DNA of 64,000 nt from Candidatus Aenigmatarchaeota archaeon (GTDB taxonomy: Archaea; Aenigmatarchaeota; Aenigmatarchaeia; PWEA01): NCBI GenBank assembly GCA_046539305.1, contig JBKHHE010000002.1, forward strand, positions 35,928 through 99,927, given 5' to 3'. Below are positions 48,884 to 59,017 of the stretch, piece by piece. A program made the translations under genes and the position numbers. The notes beneath the pieces are model-generated. The model made no database searches and had not been told where the DNA came from. It was given only the letters and a program-made list of their open reading frames with translations. How positions within the stretch are numbered: position 1 is the stretch's first letter; every line of letters starts with the position of its first letter.

Positions 48884-49420
48884 ATGTCTGAAGGTTTCAG
48901 CAGCAGGATATATTCAGACTGGATGAAGTCTACCCAAGAGAAGAAGTACACAGAGATACTACTGGACTTTATCCTGCCCCTGAAGAATAAGTTAAATATA
49001 GAAAACTGCCGAGTTCTTGACGTCGGTGTGGGTAAAGGATGGTTTGAGAAAAAGCTGATTGAAAGAGGTATGGACGCCGAGATTGTTGGCCTGGATATTG
49101 AAAAAACCGACTTAGCCACGGAAGGCGTTAGATTAATGCTTGGATCGGGTGACAGAATACCTCTGAAAGAGGAGAGTTTTGATTTCGTGGTTTCCTTCGA
49201 TACTGTTCACCTCCTCAAGAGTCCGGAGGAGATAGAGAGGGTTCTCAGTAAAGGAGGCTACGCACTAATCACCAGCCACTGCAATGAAAGAAACTTTAAA
49301 AAGAAGAAACAAAAAATTAACTCACTGTTCGAGATGGATGTGCTGAAGGAGGGGCTAGTGGGAGACCCTCAGGAGGAAATGAGCTACGCCGTTTTGTTAA
49401 AGAAAGGGTCCGTGGTCTAG
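48884..49420 (+). CDS. Class I SAM-dependent methyltransferase
   Basis: VLDVGVGKG, IPLKEESFDFV, IERVLSKGG. Confidence 0.85.
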   Translation: MSEGFSSRIYSDWMKSTQEKKYTEILLDFILPLKNKLNIENCRVLDVGVGKGWFEKKLIERGMDAEIVGLDIEKTDLATEGVRLMLGSGDRIPLKEESFDFVVSFDTVHLLKSPEEIERVLSKGGYALITSHCNERNFKKKKQKINSLFEMDVLKEGLVGDPQEEMSYAVLLKKGSVV

Positions 49421-49521
49421 CGGCTGGGAATCTTTTGTAAAGGTTGGTTATAAGATTCCACGTAAATGACGTCGCCTTGACATGGCGAAGGTCCCCCGTT
49501 CAAATCGGGGCGGACCCACCA
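49406..49521 (+). tRNA. tRNA-Val(GAC) with D-loop intron 49426-49465
   Basis: TCGCC-TTGACAT-GGCGA arm; intron stem GGAATCTT/AAGATTCC; encoded CCA. Confidence 0.92.
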
Positions 49522-49547
49522 CTCTTTTTTTATCTCAGAAATTTTCT

Positions 49548-50456
49548 TCAAACTTCCGGCTGAGTAGTAACAGTAACGTCGTCCTCTACGAAGTATCCGT
49601 AACGAAGTCTGATTTTTACGGGTATCGCCATCTCGGGCTCAACATCGTCTTCATCAATATCTATTCTGCATCCTTTCCTGAAGTCGTGATCCCAGAAACT
49701 TACCTCTCCAAATTCTCCTCCGTAAGCATCGGCACAGTCGCCTACAAGTTCTCCAGGGTCTCCGACATCTATCTTCATTTCTATAGTATTCCTATCCAGG
49801 TCGTCCAGGACGCTACCCTCCAGGTATGCGGTGCCAGGCCCGGTATTCTGGCCAATAATAGTCAGCCTGAAGTCATCACCACCTTCCTCTATAGAAGGTG
49901 CCCTGCCTGGCTCCGGCAGGCTCACGGAAAACGGTCCTGCGGAGGTCACCGGTGCTTCAACTGCAGGTATTTCTTCGTCCTCCCTTGCCCTTGCCCTGTG
50001 CTCGTTTCTGTTCAGGGCAGGAACGTTCACCTCGGCAACGGTTTCGTATTCGTAATATACCCTCACCTTCGGGTTGTCTGTCCGCTCGACTGACTCCACC
50101 TCTGGAGCTTCAAGGCTCCAGTCCTCCGTCCTCGACTCTCCCTGATATTCATCTGTGGCCTTCTCCAAGGTATCGATGTCTTTCGGATTATCTTCATTTT
50201 CCTTCAAACTCAGTTTTCCTCGGTTGAAGATTTGAGCTTTGATGTTTTCCGCATTTACTGTTCCCATATTTTTGACATCCAGTATGATTTCCAAATCCTC
50301 GTTACTATAGACGGCCTCTGGATAGGCCTCAAGTCTATCAATTATTACACCGTCTTGTTGCGGTTCTGACTCCTCCTCGCCGAAGTCTAAACAACCGGAA
50401 ACCGCAACTACAAGCAAAGATGTGATAAGTAAAGCACCGATCTTCTTAGCTCTCAT
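49548..50456 (-). CDS. Surface lipoprotein, paralog 3
   Basis: VSGC lipobox; acidic and beta-rich. Confidence 0.75.
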   Translation of the reverse strand: MRAKKIGALLITSLLVVAVSGCLDFGEEESEPQQDGVIIDRLEAYPEAVYSNEDLEIILDVKNMGTVNAENIKAQIFNRGKLSLKENEDNPKDIDTLEKATDEYQGESRTEDWSLEAPEVESVERTDNPKVRVYYEYETVAEVNVPALNRNEHRARAREDEEIPAVEAPVTSAGPFSVSLPEPGRAPSIEEGGDDFRLTIIGQNTGPGTAYLEGSVLDDLDRNTIEMKIDVGDPGELVGDCADAYGGEFGEVSFWDHDFRKGCRIDIDEDDVEPEMAIPVKIRLRYGYFVEDDVTVTTQPEV

Positions 50457-50505
50457 CTATCCACCTAATTGTATTTTGGAATATTTACTTTATAAGGCTT
50501 TGCCT

Positions 50506-51408
50506 TTAAGGTGCGACTGTCACGGAAACCATACCATCAATAATGTATCTGTAGTCAGCATATACTTCAAACGACTCCTCTTCAAGTATGTCCACCTTGT
50601 CAGGAGCAACAAAACGACAGGATATCGTGGAAGTTTCATCCTCATGGAAGTAAAGGTCATCGGCCAAAGTGAGGTTGCCATTCTCTTCAACCATCTTTCC
50701 CTGGCATCCACCTTTCTGGTTCAGCGAATCCTCGGGCCAGTCCAAGACCACGCTCCCCTCTTCAAGGACCTGATCCTTTACACTTCCCTCGCCGACGTTC
50801 CTGAACTTTATCTCAAGTATGAAATCATCTCCTCCCAGTACTGGCTGTTCGTCGGGTGTGGAGATGTTTATGTCAAGGGGCGAATCCCTCTTGAAATACC
50901 CCAGCTCCAAAGGCTCCTCAACGCCCTCATCCTTCCTCCTTAGAAACTCGTCCTCGGACATGATGGCGACGCCGTAGCTTGCATACCCTTCTGAATCGTA
51001 CCCAACCCTGTAACGGAAATTAGAAGTCCTGGCCATGGGGACATCTCCCGCCACAAACCCCCATTCCAGGTTTTTGATCTCTCCTGGTTTGAGATCGCCA
51101 ACCTCCTTCTCCTTGTACGCGTCCTCCTCCACCGACTCAAAATGGCCGAGGTCCGTCATCTTCAGCAAAACGTCGCCAACAGTGGCATTTCCTTCGTTCT
51201 CAATTTCGAACTGAAGCCTTGTCTTCCTGCCCACTTCAACTTCATCCCGCAGAGACTCCGCCGAAACCGAAACCTTTTCCGTGACTATATACTCCGGCTC
51301 ACCAACCCCCAGAATCCCTGCCAGGTCAACGTCCGTAGCGAAGCCCATACATCCCGATACACCTACTACAAGAAGTAAGGCCAGGAGAACAGCTGCCGTC
51401 TTATTCAT
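50506..51408 (-). CDS. Surface lipoprotein, paralog 2
   Basis: VSGC lipobox; similar to neighbours. Confidence 0.75.
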   Translation of the reverse strand: MNKTAAVLLALLLVVGVSGCMGFATDVDLAGILGVGEPEYIVTEKVSVSAESLRDEVEVGRKTRLQFEIENEGNATVGDVLLKMTDLGHFESVEEDAYKEKEVGDLKPGEIKNLEWGFVAGDVPMARTSNFRYRVGYDSEGYASYGVAIMSEDEFLRRKDEGVEEPLELGYFKRDSPLDINISTPDEQPVLGGDDFILEIKFRNVGEGSVKDQVLEEGSVVLDWPEDSLNQKGGCQGKMVEENGNLTLADDLYFHEDETSTISCRFVAPDKVDILEEESFEVYADYRYIIDGMVSVTVAP

Positions 51409-51430
51409 GTCTGATCAAGGGATTTGGAAT

Positions 51431-52354
51431 CTACGGCTCTACCTCTACACTATGCTCGTGCAAAAGCTCGTACTCGTAGTCGTTTATTTCGACCTGGACT
51501 GTCTGCTCCTCTACCGGGCCCGGTCCTTCTATTGTCGCGTCTTCAATGACGCAGGATATTCTCGGTGTGGAGCCCTCGCTGAAGTAAAGGGTTTTATCGG
51601 TATTCCTCATAGGCCATATACAGTATTTACCTCCATTATCCTGCTCTTCCGTGTAGAAGTCTTTTATTTCCTCGCCGTTGTGCTTTATCGTTATATCCTC
51701 GGTACCCAGCTCGGTTCCCATCTTTCCTTCGCCTGTGTTCTCCATGTAGATATCGAAACCAACATCAGTTTCCTCGATAAGGGGCTGGTCTCCCCAGAAG
51801 TCTATGTAGGCCTTGATAGGTCCGTCTGCGTAGCTCGCCGTCGGACTGACCCCTATGCTCTCACCTCTCCGGTCCATCTCCCTGACATGGTCCTGGGTCA
51901 CGAGGTATAGGTCGTGTGTGGACCGGGCGTCGAAGGTATAGCTCACTCTAAATCTAAGTGAACAGTCTCTTGGCATGTGTCCCATATCCTCGGAATCGGG
52001 CGTCTCAAAATTCCACCGAACCTCCCTCTCCCCTCCCCTGTATATGTCGTCATCTCTGATATCACTGCCTTCCGTTCGGTTACACATACCCCAATCGTAA
52101 AGTTCCACGTCAACACCTTCGGTGTCCTCATTCTCGTACAGATTCTTTACCAGGAAAGAAAACTCAAAGCCCGAATCCGAAGCTATGGGCGGATTGGGTA
52201 TTACATTTTTATCGGCAACCTCAAGAACGTCGCTGGGAGCTTCCTCTTCCTCCGTGCCGACGCCCATGATCCCGGCAAGGCCTCCTCCTTCCACACATCC
52301 AGAGGTAAATAAGACTAATCCCAGGGCCAGGATCAGAACCACAAACCTTTTCAT
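51431..52354 (-). CDS. Surface lipoprotein, paralog 1
   Basis: TSGC lipobox; similar to neighbours. Confidence 0.75.
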   Translation of the reverse strand: MKRFVVLILALGLVLFTSGCVEGGGLAGIMGVGTEEEEAPSDVLEVADKNVIPNPPIASDSGFEFSFLVKNLYENEDTEGVDVELYDWGMCNRTEGSDIRDDDIYRGGEREVRWNFETPDSEDMGHMPRDCSLRFRVSYTFDARSTHDLYLVTQDHVREMDRRGESIGVSPTASYADGPIKAYIDFWGDQPLIEETDVGFDIYMENTGEGKMGTELGTEDITIKHNGEEIKDFYTEEQDNGGKYCIWPMRNTDKTLYFSEGSTPRISCVIEDATIEGPGPVEEQTVQVEINDYEYELLHEHSVEVEP

Positions 52355-52417
52355 AAAACCACTATATCTTGTTTTTGCTCCCCAGTAAATATAAATCTTT
52401 CCATTTACTCACCATCC

Positions 52418-55336
52418 TCATCCTCCTCCACCCCCACCATCGTCCTCATCTCCATCCTCTGGAACACATCTATAGACGTCTCCATCGCACTTGTAATCCT
52501 CCTCGAAGCTATCTTTACACCGACTATCGCCGTATTCATCGTGGCCAGGAATACATTCGTACCTCACCTCGACCGTGCTGGTCCTGCTGAACTGATACCT
52601 GTACTCTACCTCCGTCATCAGGTTTTTGGTCTGGTCAGGAGCACCATCTATGTCCAAGTGTTGTTCACCGTCGACGACACACCTCGCATCGATTGTCTCG
52701 TCCGGCTCCAGACCCAGCTTCTCACCTGTCTCATGCTCGTGTGCCTGCAGGCTCTCTATAGTTTCTAGCCTGTTGTTGATGTCCTTCTCTATAACCTTGC
52801 CGCATTCCTTTCCATCATTGCTTTCTACGGGTTCTCCGTCTATCGTTATATTTTTGATCGTTATATCTCTCAGATAGCCCTCGCCCCGGTTGGTCACGGG
52901 GAAGAAAAGGGTCCTGGTCTCACCGTCTTTCACGGGCTGCTGCGTGCCCACGCCGAGGCCGACAGCAAGGGGACCCCATTCGAACCTTGACGTGGGTTCA
53001 TAGAAATCTGTGTCACGGAGCTGGTCGTACCTGTCCTCGCTGTAAATTTCCACCTCCAGATCTGCGTAGGTGTGGACATCGTAGGCCGCGTCGATGCCGT
53101 AAGTCATGTACTCTCCAGGCTTCGCGTTTTCTTCGAAAGCAGTGTGTGTGACCGTGAAAGTGTGGGACTGTCCGGGTCTGAGGTCGACTTTACAGGGTTG
53201 TGAATCCCAATAAGCCCTATATGATTCTTCGTCATCATCGGATTCTGTGTGTCCACTCGCATCTTCACAAGGCGGACCAAACTCCCAACTGCTCCCTATA
53301 GTATTAAGAACGGGGCCGTCGGGCGACCATGTTTTCTCGGAGGTGTCGTAAATAGTCCTGGGAGCCAACTTGACATCCTCTACGGTAGGTGGTTCGTCGA
53401 CGTCTTCACGGGTCAGGGTATTCTTCAGGTCAAAGGTGTAAGTAAATATACCCTCTTCGTCAAAACCTTGGTCAGTTTTTATTGGTTCCTCAATCCTGTT
53501 CCCTGGAAGGCCTACCGGCTCCGGATTGGTTACCTCAACTGCCGTGTAGGACTTCTCAGCCTCGGTATCCGGCCGCCATATCTCCATACACGCCTGCGGT
53601 GACTGGAGACAGGTCCAGCCCTGGCCCATAGTCATCTGAATATCCTGGAAACCTGTAAGCATAGGAGAAGCTGCCGACTCAATTACCTGTATCCTGTTGT
53701 GCACGGTCGGCCACCAATCCCCAAATACAGCCTCCCCCATAACCTGTGGATAGGCCGTGGTTGCGGCCATAATTGCTATAGGTAAAACTATCATCCCCAT
53801 TACAGGCCTGGCCTCTGGAATAGGAACGGCTGTGGAGAGTCCCATCAAGACGATACCGATGTAAAGGACGGCCGCGACCGTGGTTCCCATGAGGGCGTAT
53901 CCACCCAAAACCAGGCCAATTAAGCCAGTAATTCCGGAAAACGCGGTACCGGCTTGTCCAGAACCAAAGGCCTTATACAAAAAAATTATCCCAATAAAAC
54001 CAGCAACCACTGGAAGTATCCAACGGGGGGAAATAATAATTGCCAGAATAACACCTATGATAATAAAAAAGATTAAAGATGTTTTTAAAATTCCCGGCGG
54101 TCCCTTGTTAACCGCTTCTATAAAGCCATCTGCCGCCTCCTTGAAACCTTTTGCTATTTCACCAGGCTTGCCTTCTCCGTAATCTCTAAATTTAGGAATT
54201 ACGATAAAGAAGGCTAATGAGAGAGAGAGTAGGGAAAGACCAAGTTTCCAATTTGTACTCCATATTCCGGAACCCCATACAAATGTCCAGTTGAATAGAG
54301 GTATCAGAACAAAAGCACCGTAAATAAACCTCATAATCATCATTATTCTTTCCAGCTGCCTCTCCTCTTCCCGGTCTGCAGAAGGCTTGCTGGGAAAGGT
54401 GAAGATTCCTATGGCCGCGACGATCATGGGGATCATCCTAAACACTGCCCGATCACCGACGAAAGCCAAAAGGCCGCCCGTAAGGAATATGAATCCGAAT
54501 ACCCTGAAACCGGGCTTCGCGTAGCCCCACGGAAGCGTCTTAGGAAAAATACGGTCGAAGACTAAACCAATTATTCCAAGCATGGTCAAGGCGTAGGCCA
54601 TTCCTCCGAAGCCTATCATCGGGAGGACTATGGCTATAATTAAAACCGCTATGAACATGAAAGCTATGCTTGCGACCCTCGAGCGCAGCGCCTCGCCAAA
54701 CTCGCTCGATGCCCTTTCCTTTTCCTCTTCCTTTTTATTCGCCTTTGCCGTTAATTCCTCCAGCCTTTCTGTGCTTCTAGCAAATTCTCCACATTTATTA
54801 CATTCCCACACTTCTTTATCCGGGTCGTAAGTCCAATCATCGTGGATTTCCTCGCAGTTGTCACAGTACCAGTTCCATTTGGATTCATCTTCCTCCGTTT
54901 CTTCGCCTTTTCCTTCTCCACTGTCTTTATCAGAAGGTGGAAGTCTCTCTTCAGCCTGCTTTTCTTGAATCATTTTATATAGCTCCTGTTCCTCATCTCC
55001 TGTCAAATTCCTGCCGCCTTGAAGTCCCCATTTCCTGACCTTCTGCTGAGCTTCCTGTAATTCTTCCCACGTCTCGGCTTTCTCTATCTTCTCTTTGATT
55101 TTTTCCTTATGCTCTTCTTTGGCTGCCTCCATCTCCGGCTCCCTTCTTTCTGTTTTTGGCTTCGGTTTTCCCTTCTCTTCCTTCCCGTAAACCCTGTCGG
55201 CGAGCTTTTCGATATAGTCGCGGCTCACGTTCTCGAAGACATCAGAAGTCCTGCGGACGGCCTCGTCTCTGGGAACTTCCATCTTCCTGTGGTTAATCAA
55301 AGCCTGCCTGGCTCTTTCACGGGGATCTTTGGGCAA
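52418..55336 (-). CDS. Large polytopic membrane protein with Zn-ribbon and C-terminal lipoprotein-like ectodomain
   Basis: 972 aa; CDNC/CNKC, about 12 TM helices, C-terminal domain resembling adjacent lipoproteins. Confidence 0.75.
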   Translation of the reverse strand: MPKDPRERARQALINHRKMEVPRDEAVRRTSDVFENVSRDYIEKLADRVYGKEEKGKPKPKTERREPEMEAAKEEHKEKIKEKIEKAETWEELQEAQQKVRKWGLQGGRNLTGDEEQELYKMIQEKQAEERLPPSDKDSGEGKGEETEEDESKWNWYCDNCEEIHDDWTYDPDKEVWECNKCGEFARSTERLEELTAKANKKEEEKERASSEFGEALRSRVASIAFMFIAVLIIAIVLPMIGFGGMAYALTMLGIIGLVFDRIFPKTLPWGYAKPGFRVFGFIFLTGGLLAFVGDRAVFRMIPMIVAAIGIFTFPSKPSADREEERQLERIMMIMRFIYGAFVLIPLFNWTFVWGSGIWSTNWKLGLSLLSLSLAFFIVIPKFRDYGEGKPGEIAKGFKEAADGFIEAVNKGPPGILKTSLIFFIIIGVILAIIISPRWILPVVAGFIGIIFLYKAFGSGQAGTAFSGITGLIGLVLGGYALMGTTVAAVLYIGIVLMGLSTAVPIPEARPVMGMIVLPIAIMAATTAYPQVMGEAVFGDWWPTVHNRIQVIESAASPMLTGFQDIQMTMGQGWTCLQSPQACMEIWRPDTEAEKSYTAVEVTNPEPVGLPGNRIEEPIKTDQGFDEEGIFTYTFDLKNTLTREDVDEPPTVEDVKLAPRTIYDTSEKTWSPDGPVLNTIGSSWEFGPPCEDASGHTESDDDEESYRAYWDSQPCKVDLRPGQSHTFTVTHTAFEENAKPGEYMTYGIDAAYDVHTYADLEVEIYSEDRYDQLRDTDFYEPTSRFEWGPLAVGLGVGTQQPVKDGETRTLFFPVTNRGEGYLRDITIKNITIDGEPVESNDGKECGKVIEKDINNRLETIESLQAHEHETGEKLGLEPDETIDARCVVDGEQHLDIDGAPDQTKNLMTEVEYRYQFSRTSTVEVRYECIPGHDEYGDSRCKDSFEEDYKCDGDVYRCVPEDGDEDDGGGGGG

Positions 55337-55369
55337 CCTTCCACCTGTTTTACTTTAAAATCTTCACTT

Positions 55370-56569
55370 TTAATAGGTTACTTCGAAGTCGGAGAGGTAG
55401 AAGCCTCCCTCTCCCCCTACTTCAAACTGGAGGGTATTTTCTCCCACCGCCAAATCATCCTTCGTTATCTCTATTGAAATAGTTTCTCCCTCTTTTAGGG
55501 GTTTACCGGCCAGGATATCCTTTTCCTCACCTTCTGCAGTTTCTATCTTCAGGGTGAGGAACCTGGGGTTTCCCTCTATACGGTCTATTTGGAAAGTTAT
55601 GTTGCCAGGGAGCTGGTTATAGTTTCCGGAACTTACATCGAGCACTTTCCTGGAGGCCTCGGAATAGCCGGCGTTCCAGAAATAAACCATTTTCGCTGAG
55701 TCGAAGCTGTAAGAGGAATCCACCTCGGTGAAAAGGGTTAGCTCGTTTTGTCCTTCCTCCACCTCAGCTTCCTCAAAGTCTATCCACATCGACCTTTCCG
55801 CCCGATACTCCGGTATGTCCCTGTAAACGTCCTTTCCGTTGACCTGAACCACGAGGGGACTCTCATCCACAAACTCGTCGGGCATAAAAACCAACCTCCC
55901 CATCCTGAAGTTGTCGGCCTGATCTTCCGTGAGGGAGAACTCGAAACTCCTTTCATTCCTCCCAAGTATATCAGCCTTCATCGTGAAGTTTTCCAGTATG
56001 TAAACGGTCGGAGCCCAGAACCTCCAGCCGGAGGATTTGGGGGATATCTCCAGTTCGTTTGTCTTATCGAGCAGAGTCCTGTTCACATCTACGGTATAAG
56101 ACCTCTCGGGGGCGGGGTAACCGGAGTATACCTCCCCACCGTTGAGGAATAGCTCCAGTTCATTCATCCGGTTCGTGTCCTTCACCCAGAAGTCCAGACC
56201 AAAGGAAACTATATTATCAAGTTCGCTCTGAGTAAGGTTGAAGGCAACCGAGCGGGTTTCGCTGGTGCCTATGCCCCTCCTGACATCCACATCTTCCAGT
56301 TTTCCAAGGGTCCTCTCCTCCTCGTGGAACGAAACCTTAAAGGGTTCGTTCGAGAGAGTCACGTGCTTGAAGGCCGTGTCTTCTATCCTTCCCACGTAGA
56401 AAGCCTCCCCGGGCTCCTCCTCACCTTCCTCCTCATCACCGTCGCTGGGACCAGGAATCAGAGGGCCTTCTTCCTCACCGTCTTCTATGAAATCCATCTC
56501 CCCTCCAAATAGGACTAGGAGAACTCCAAAGAGAACTATAGCAACCAGCAGAACCCTTGCAAAATCCAT
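55370..56569 (-). CDS. Membrane-anchored beta-sandwich protein
   Basis: N-terminal TM; repeated GxNxL strands. Confidence 0.7.
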   Translation of the reverse strand: MDFARVLLVAIVLFGVLLVLFGGEMDFIEDGEEEGPLIPGPSDGDEEEGEEEPGEAFYVGRIEDTAFKHVTLSNEPFKVSFHEEERTLGKLEDVDVRRGIGTSETRSVAFNLTQSELDNIVSFGLDFWVKDTNRMNELELFLNGGEVYSGYPAPERSYTVDVNRTLLDKTNELEISPKSSGWRFWAPTVYILENFTMKADILGRNERSFEFSLTEDQADNFRMGRLVFMPDEFVDESPLVVQVNGKDVYRDIPEYRAERSMWIDFEEAEVEEGQNELTLFTEVDSSYSFDSAKMVYFWNAGYSEASRKVLDVSSGNYNQLPGNITFQIDRIEGNPRFLTLKIETAEGEEKDILAGKPLKEGETISIEITKDDLAVGENTLQFEVGGEGGFYLSDFEVTY

Positions 56570-56621
56570 CTTACCACTTATATTAATTCATGTAACTAAT
56601 AAATATTTGTCGGGTGGTATC

Positions 56622-57653
56622 GTGAAAATCCTGGAAAGAAACGAAAAACAAGGTCTTGTGAAGCTGAAGGTGGAGAATCCCAACGACGTGTGGGAGTTGG
56701 AGCACGTTATTGAAGAGGGCGACCTGGTGGGCGGAAGGACCTTACGCAGAAAGATGATTGAAAGGAAGGATGGCGAAGAGAAGGGGGAGAAGAGACCTGT
56801 TTACCTGACCATCCAGGCGGAAAAAATCAAAATACACGAACACACAGGTAACCTTAGAATCACCGGAAAGATACAGGAAGGGCCCGAGGACGTGGAAATG
56901 GACAGCTACCACACGATAGTCGCGGAGCCCGGGAAAGTTCTTACGGTAGTGAAGAAAGGTGGATGGAAGGACTGGCAGCTCAAGACCCTCAAGAGAGCCT
57001 ACAGAAAGCCACCGAAGGTCTTGGTCTGCGTCCTTGACCGGGATAAAGCTACTCTGGCCAAAGTCACGAACGAAGTAGATATCCTGACCGAGGTTGAGTC
57101 CAGGGAGCCGGGAAAGCAGTACGATTCAGAGAAAAGTGGGGAGTATTTCGGCGAGGTGATCTCGATTCTGGAAAGAAAGTACAAAGATTTCGACAAAGTA
57201 GTTGTGGCGGGTCCTGGTTTCGCCAAAGACGGACTCTACGAAAAAATAAAGGACAGGAACAAAGAAATGGCGGAGAAGGTAACCAAGGCTTCCACGAGCC
57301 AGACGGAGAGGACGGGCGTCCAGGAGGTTATAAACAGGGGTATTATAGAGGACATCGTGAGGGAATCGAGGATTTCGGAGGAGAGCAAGGAGGTGGAGAG
57401 GGTTTTTGAAGAGATTTCCAAGGATACGGGAAAGGTCACGTACGGAGAGGAAGAAGTAAAAAAGGCCGTGGAAATGGGGGCCGTGGAGAGAATCCTGGTC
57501 TCGGAGAAGAAACTGAAGGAGCACAGGGAACTGGTTGCCGAGGCCGAGGACAAAGGGGCGGGGGTTTTAATAGTCTCGGAGAGGCACGAATCAGGCGAGA
57601 AATTAAACAATATGGGGGGCATCGCAGCTTTTCTGAGATATAGGATCGAATGA
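56622..57653 (+). CDS. pelA: Pelota (aDom34) ribosome rescue factor
   Basis: LRITGKI, YHTI, AGPGF, GGIAAFLRY. Confidence 0.93.
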   Translation: MKILERNEKQGLVKLKVENPNDVWELEHVIEEGDLVGGRTLRRKMIERKDGEEKGEKRPVYLTIQAEKIKIHEHTGNLRITGKIQEGPEDVEMDSYHTIVAEPGKVLTVVKKGGWKDWQLKTLKRAYRKPPKVLVCVLDRDKATLAKVTNEVDILTEVESREPGKQYDSEKSGEYFGEVISILERKYKDFDKVVVAGPGFAKDGLYEKIKDRNKEMAEKVTKASTSQTERTGVQEVINRGIIEDIVRESRISEESKEVERVFEEISKDTGKVTYGEEEVKKAVEMGAVERILVSEKKLKEHRELVAEAEDKGAGVLIVSERHESGEKLNNMGGIAAFLRYRIE

Positions 57654-57692
57654 TTCGAGGTATTTAAATTTTAGATATCCCTTCTATCTTCT

Positions 57693-58205
57693 ATGAAGGA
57701 AGACGCAACCGGTCTGATTATGGTCCACGCACATCCGTACTACGACGGTAGACACACAGAGGATAAAGTTATTGAGGTTCTACAGAAGTTCGGTGGAACA
57801 GCCTACGAGCTGCCTGCGGGTGATAGAACGTCCTACGGGAGAGATCAGGGGCTTTACGATCAAGCGCTTGAGGAAAAGGCACACGGGAAGCTAAGGCCGA
57901 GGGATTCCAAGGATCTAGTCCGGGGACACGAAAAGGTTCTCCTTGGTGGTGGATTTGCAGGGGGATGTATGAGGAATACTTACGACTCTCTAAAGGACGA
58001 AAGGGATTTACTTAGTATAGATACTGAGATAAGGGTGGTTCCGGAAGTATCTTACGGGGGAAACTACAGATTCAATAAATGGAAGGGAAGGTTCGATTTT
58101 GGTGAAATATTTACCCTGGAAGAAATCAAGGACTGGGATCTGGAAGACCTTCCTGCAAGGATTTCTGAATACCTGGAAAATGAAAATATTGAAAGTATTC
58201 TCTAG
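57693..58205 (+). CDS. Hypothetical protein, possibly cysteine-hydrolase-like
   Basis: LIMVH and LLGGGFAGGC motifs; own TATA box. Confidence 0.55.
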   Translation: MKEDATGLIMVHAHPYYDGRHTEDKVIEVLQKFGGTAYELPAGDRTSYGRDQGLYDQALEEKAHGKLRPRDSKDLVRGHEKVLLGGGFAGGCMRNTYDSLKDERDLLSIDTEIRVVPEVSYGGNYRFNKWKGRFDFGEIFTLEEIKDWDLEDLPARISEYLENENIESIL

Positions 58206-58233
58206 GAGAAAGCTTGTAAACTCAGAAAAGTGA

Positions 58234-58347
58234 TGGACCCGGCGGGATTTGAACCCGCGGTCTCCACCATGCCAAGGTGGCGTCTTTTCGTTGGAACCTT
58301 TTGATGAATCTTTTTGGAAAAGATTCCTTCCACTAGACTACGGGCCC
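58234..58347 (-). tRNA. tRNA-Ala(GGC) with D-loop intron 58288-58327
   Basis: G3:U70 pair; CCACC-TTGGCAT-GGTGG arm. Confidence 0.93.
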
Positions 58348-58438
58348 TGGTAAATGCTTGGAAAACAGTTTAATAAAGATTTGGGGCCGCGCAAGGGCAA
58401 GTTTTATATAGTAGCTAGCATATTATGGCATCTGTAAG

Positions 58439-59008
58439 ATGCCTCTCCAAAAAAGGATAAAGGCCACGAATTCAGGCGTGAAGAAGAGGGGCGATATGGA
58501 AGAGATAGCCGATTTCTCAGAAAGAGTCAGAGAAATTATAGAGGGAGAGGAGGGGAACTCTTCTGCGAAAAAATTTGAAAGGTGGAGGCCCAGATCTTCT
58601 GATCACGAGAAGGATATAAAGAAGAAGACCGTGTTGGACGCGGTGACGGAAAAGACAAAAGCAGAAAAGAAGGGAGAGGGGATTAAGAGGGACCTCTCCA
58701 GGGCTATGGTAAAAACTAAGGAAGCAGAGGAGAGGGTCAAGTGCAGGAAAGTTCCAAAAAACGAGGCCAAGGAAGCTCTGAAAAACCTCTTCCGCCCCCT
58801 AGTCGCCAAGCTAATGAATCTGCTCAGGACCGTGGAAGGGTCCATCTATTCCAAACTCATGCTGAAATTTAATCCGTATTTCTTCGAGTGTCGCGACTTC
58901 TCCGTGGACCTGAGGAAGATTGAAGACGATGAATACGAAATGGAGGTAAACACACCTCAGGAAGAAAACAGTAGGAAGCTTAAGGGAAAATTCGGCTTAG
59001 AAGAGTGA
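58439..59008 (+). CDS. Hypothetical protein
   Basis: 189-aa ORF with TATA upstream; ATG 58496 is an alternative start. Confidence 0.6.
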   Translation: MPLQKRIKATNSGVKKRGDMEEIADFSERVREIIEGEEGNSSAKKFERWRPRSSDHEKDIKKKTVLDAVTEKTKAEKKGEGIKRDLSRAMVKTKEAEERVKCRKVPKNEAKEALKNLFRPLVAKLMNLLRTVEGSIYSKLMLKFNPYFFECRDFSVDLRKIEDDEYEMEVNTPQEENSRKLKGKFGLEE

Positions 59009-59017
59009 AGAGAGAAA

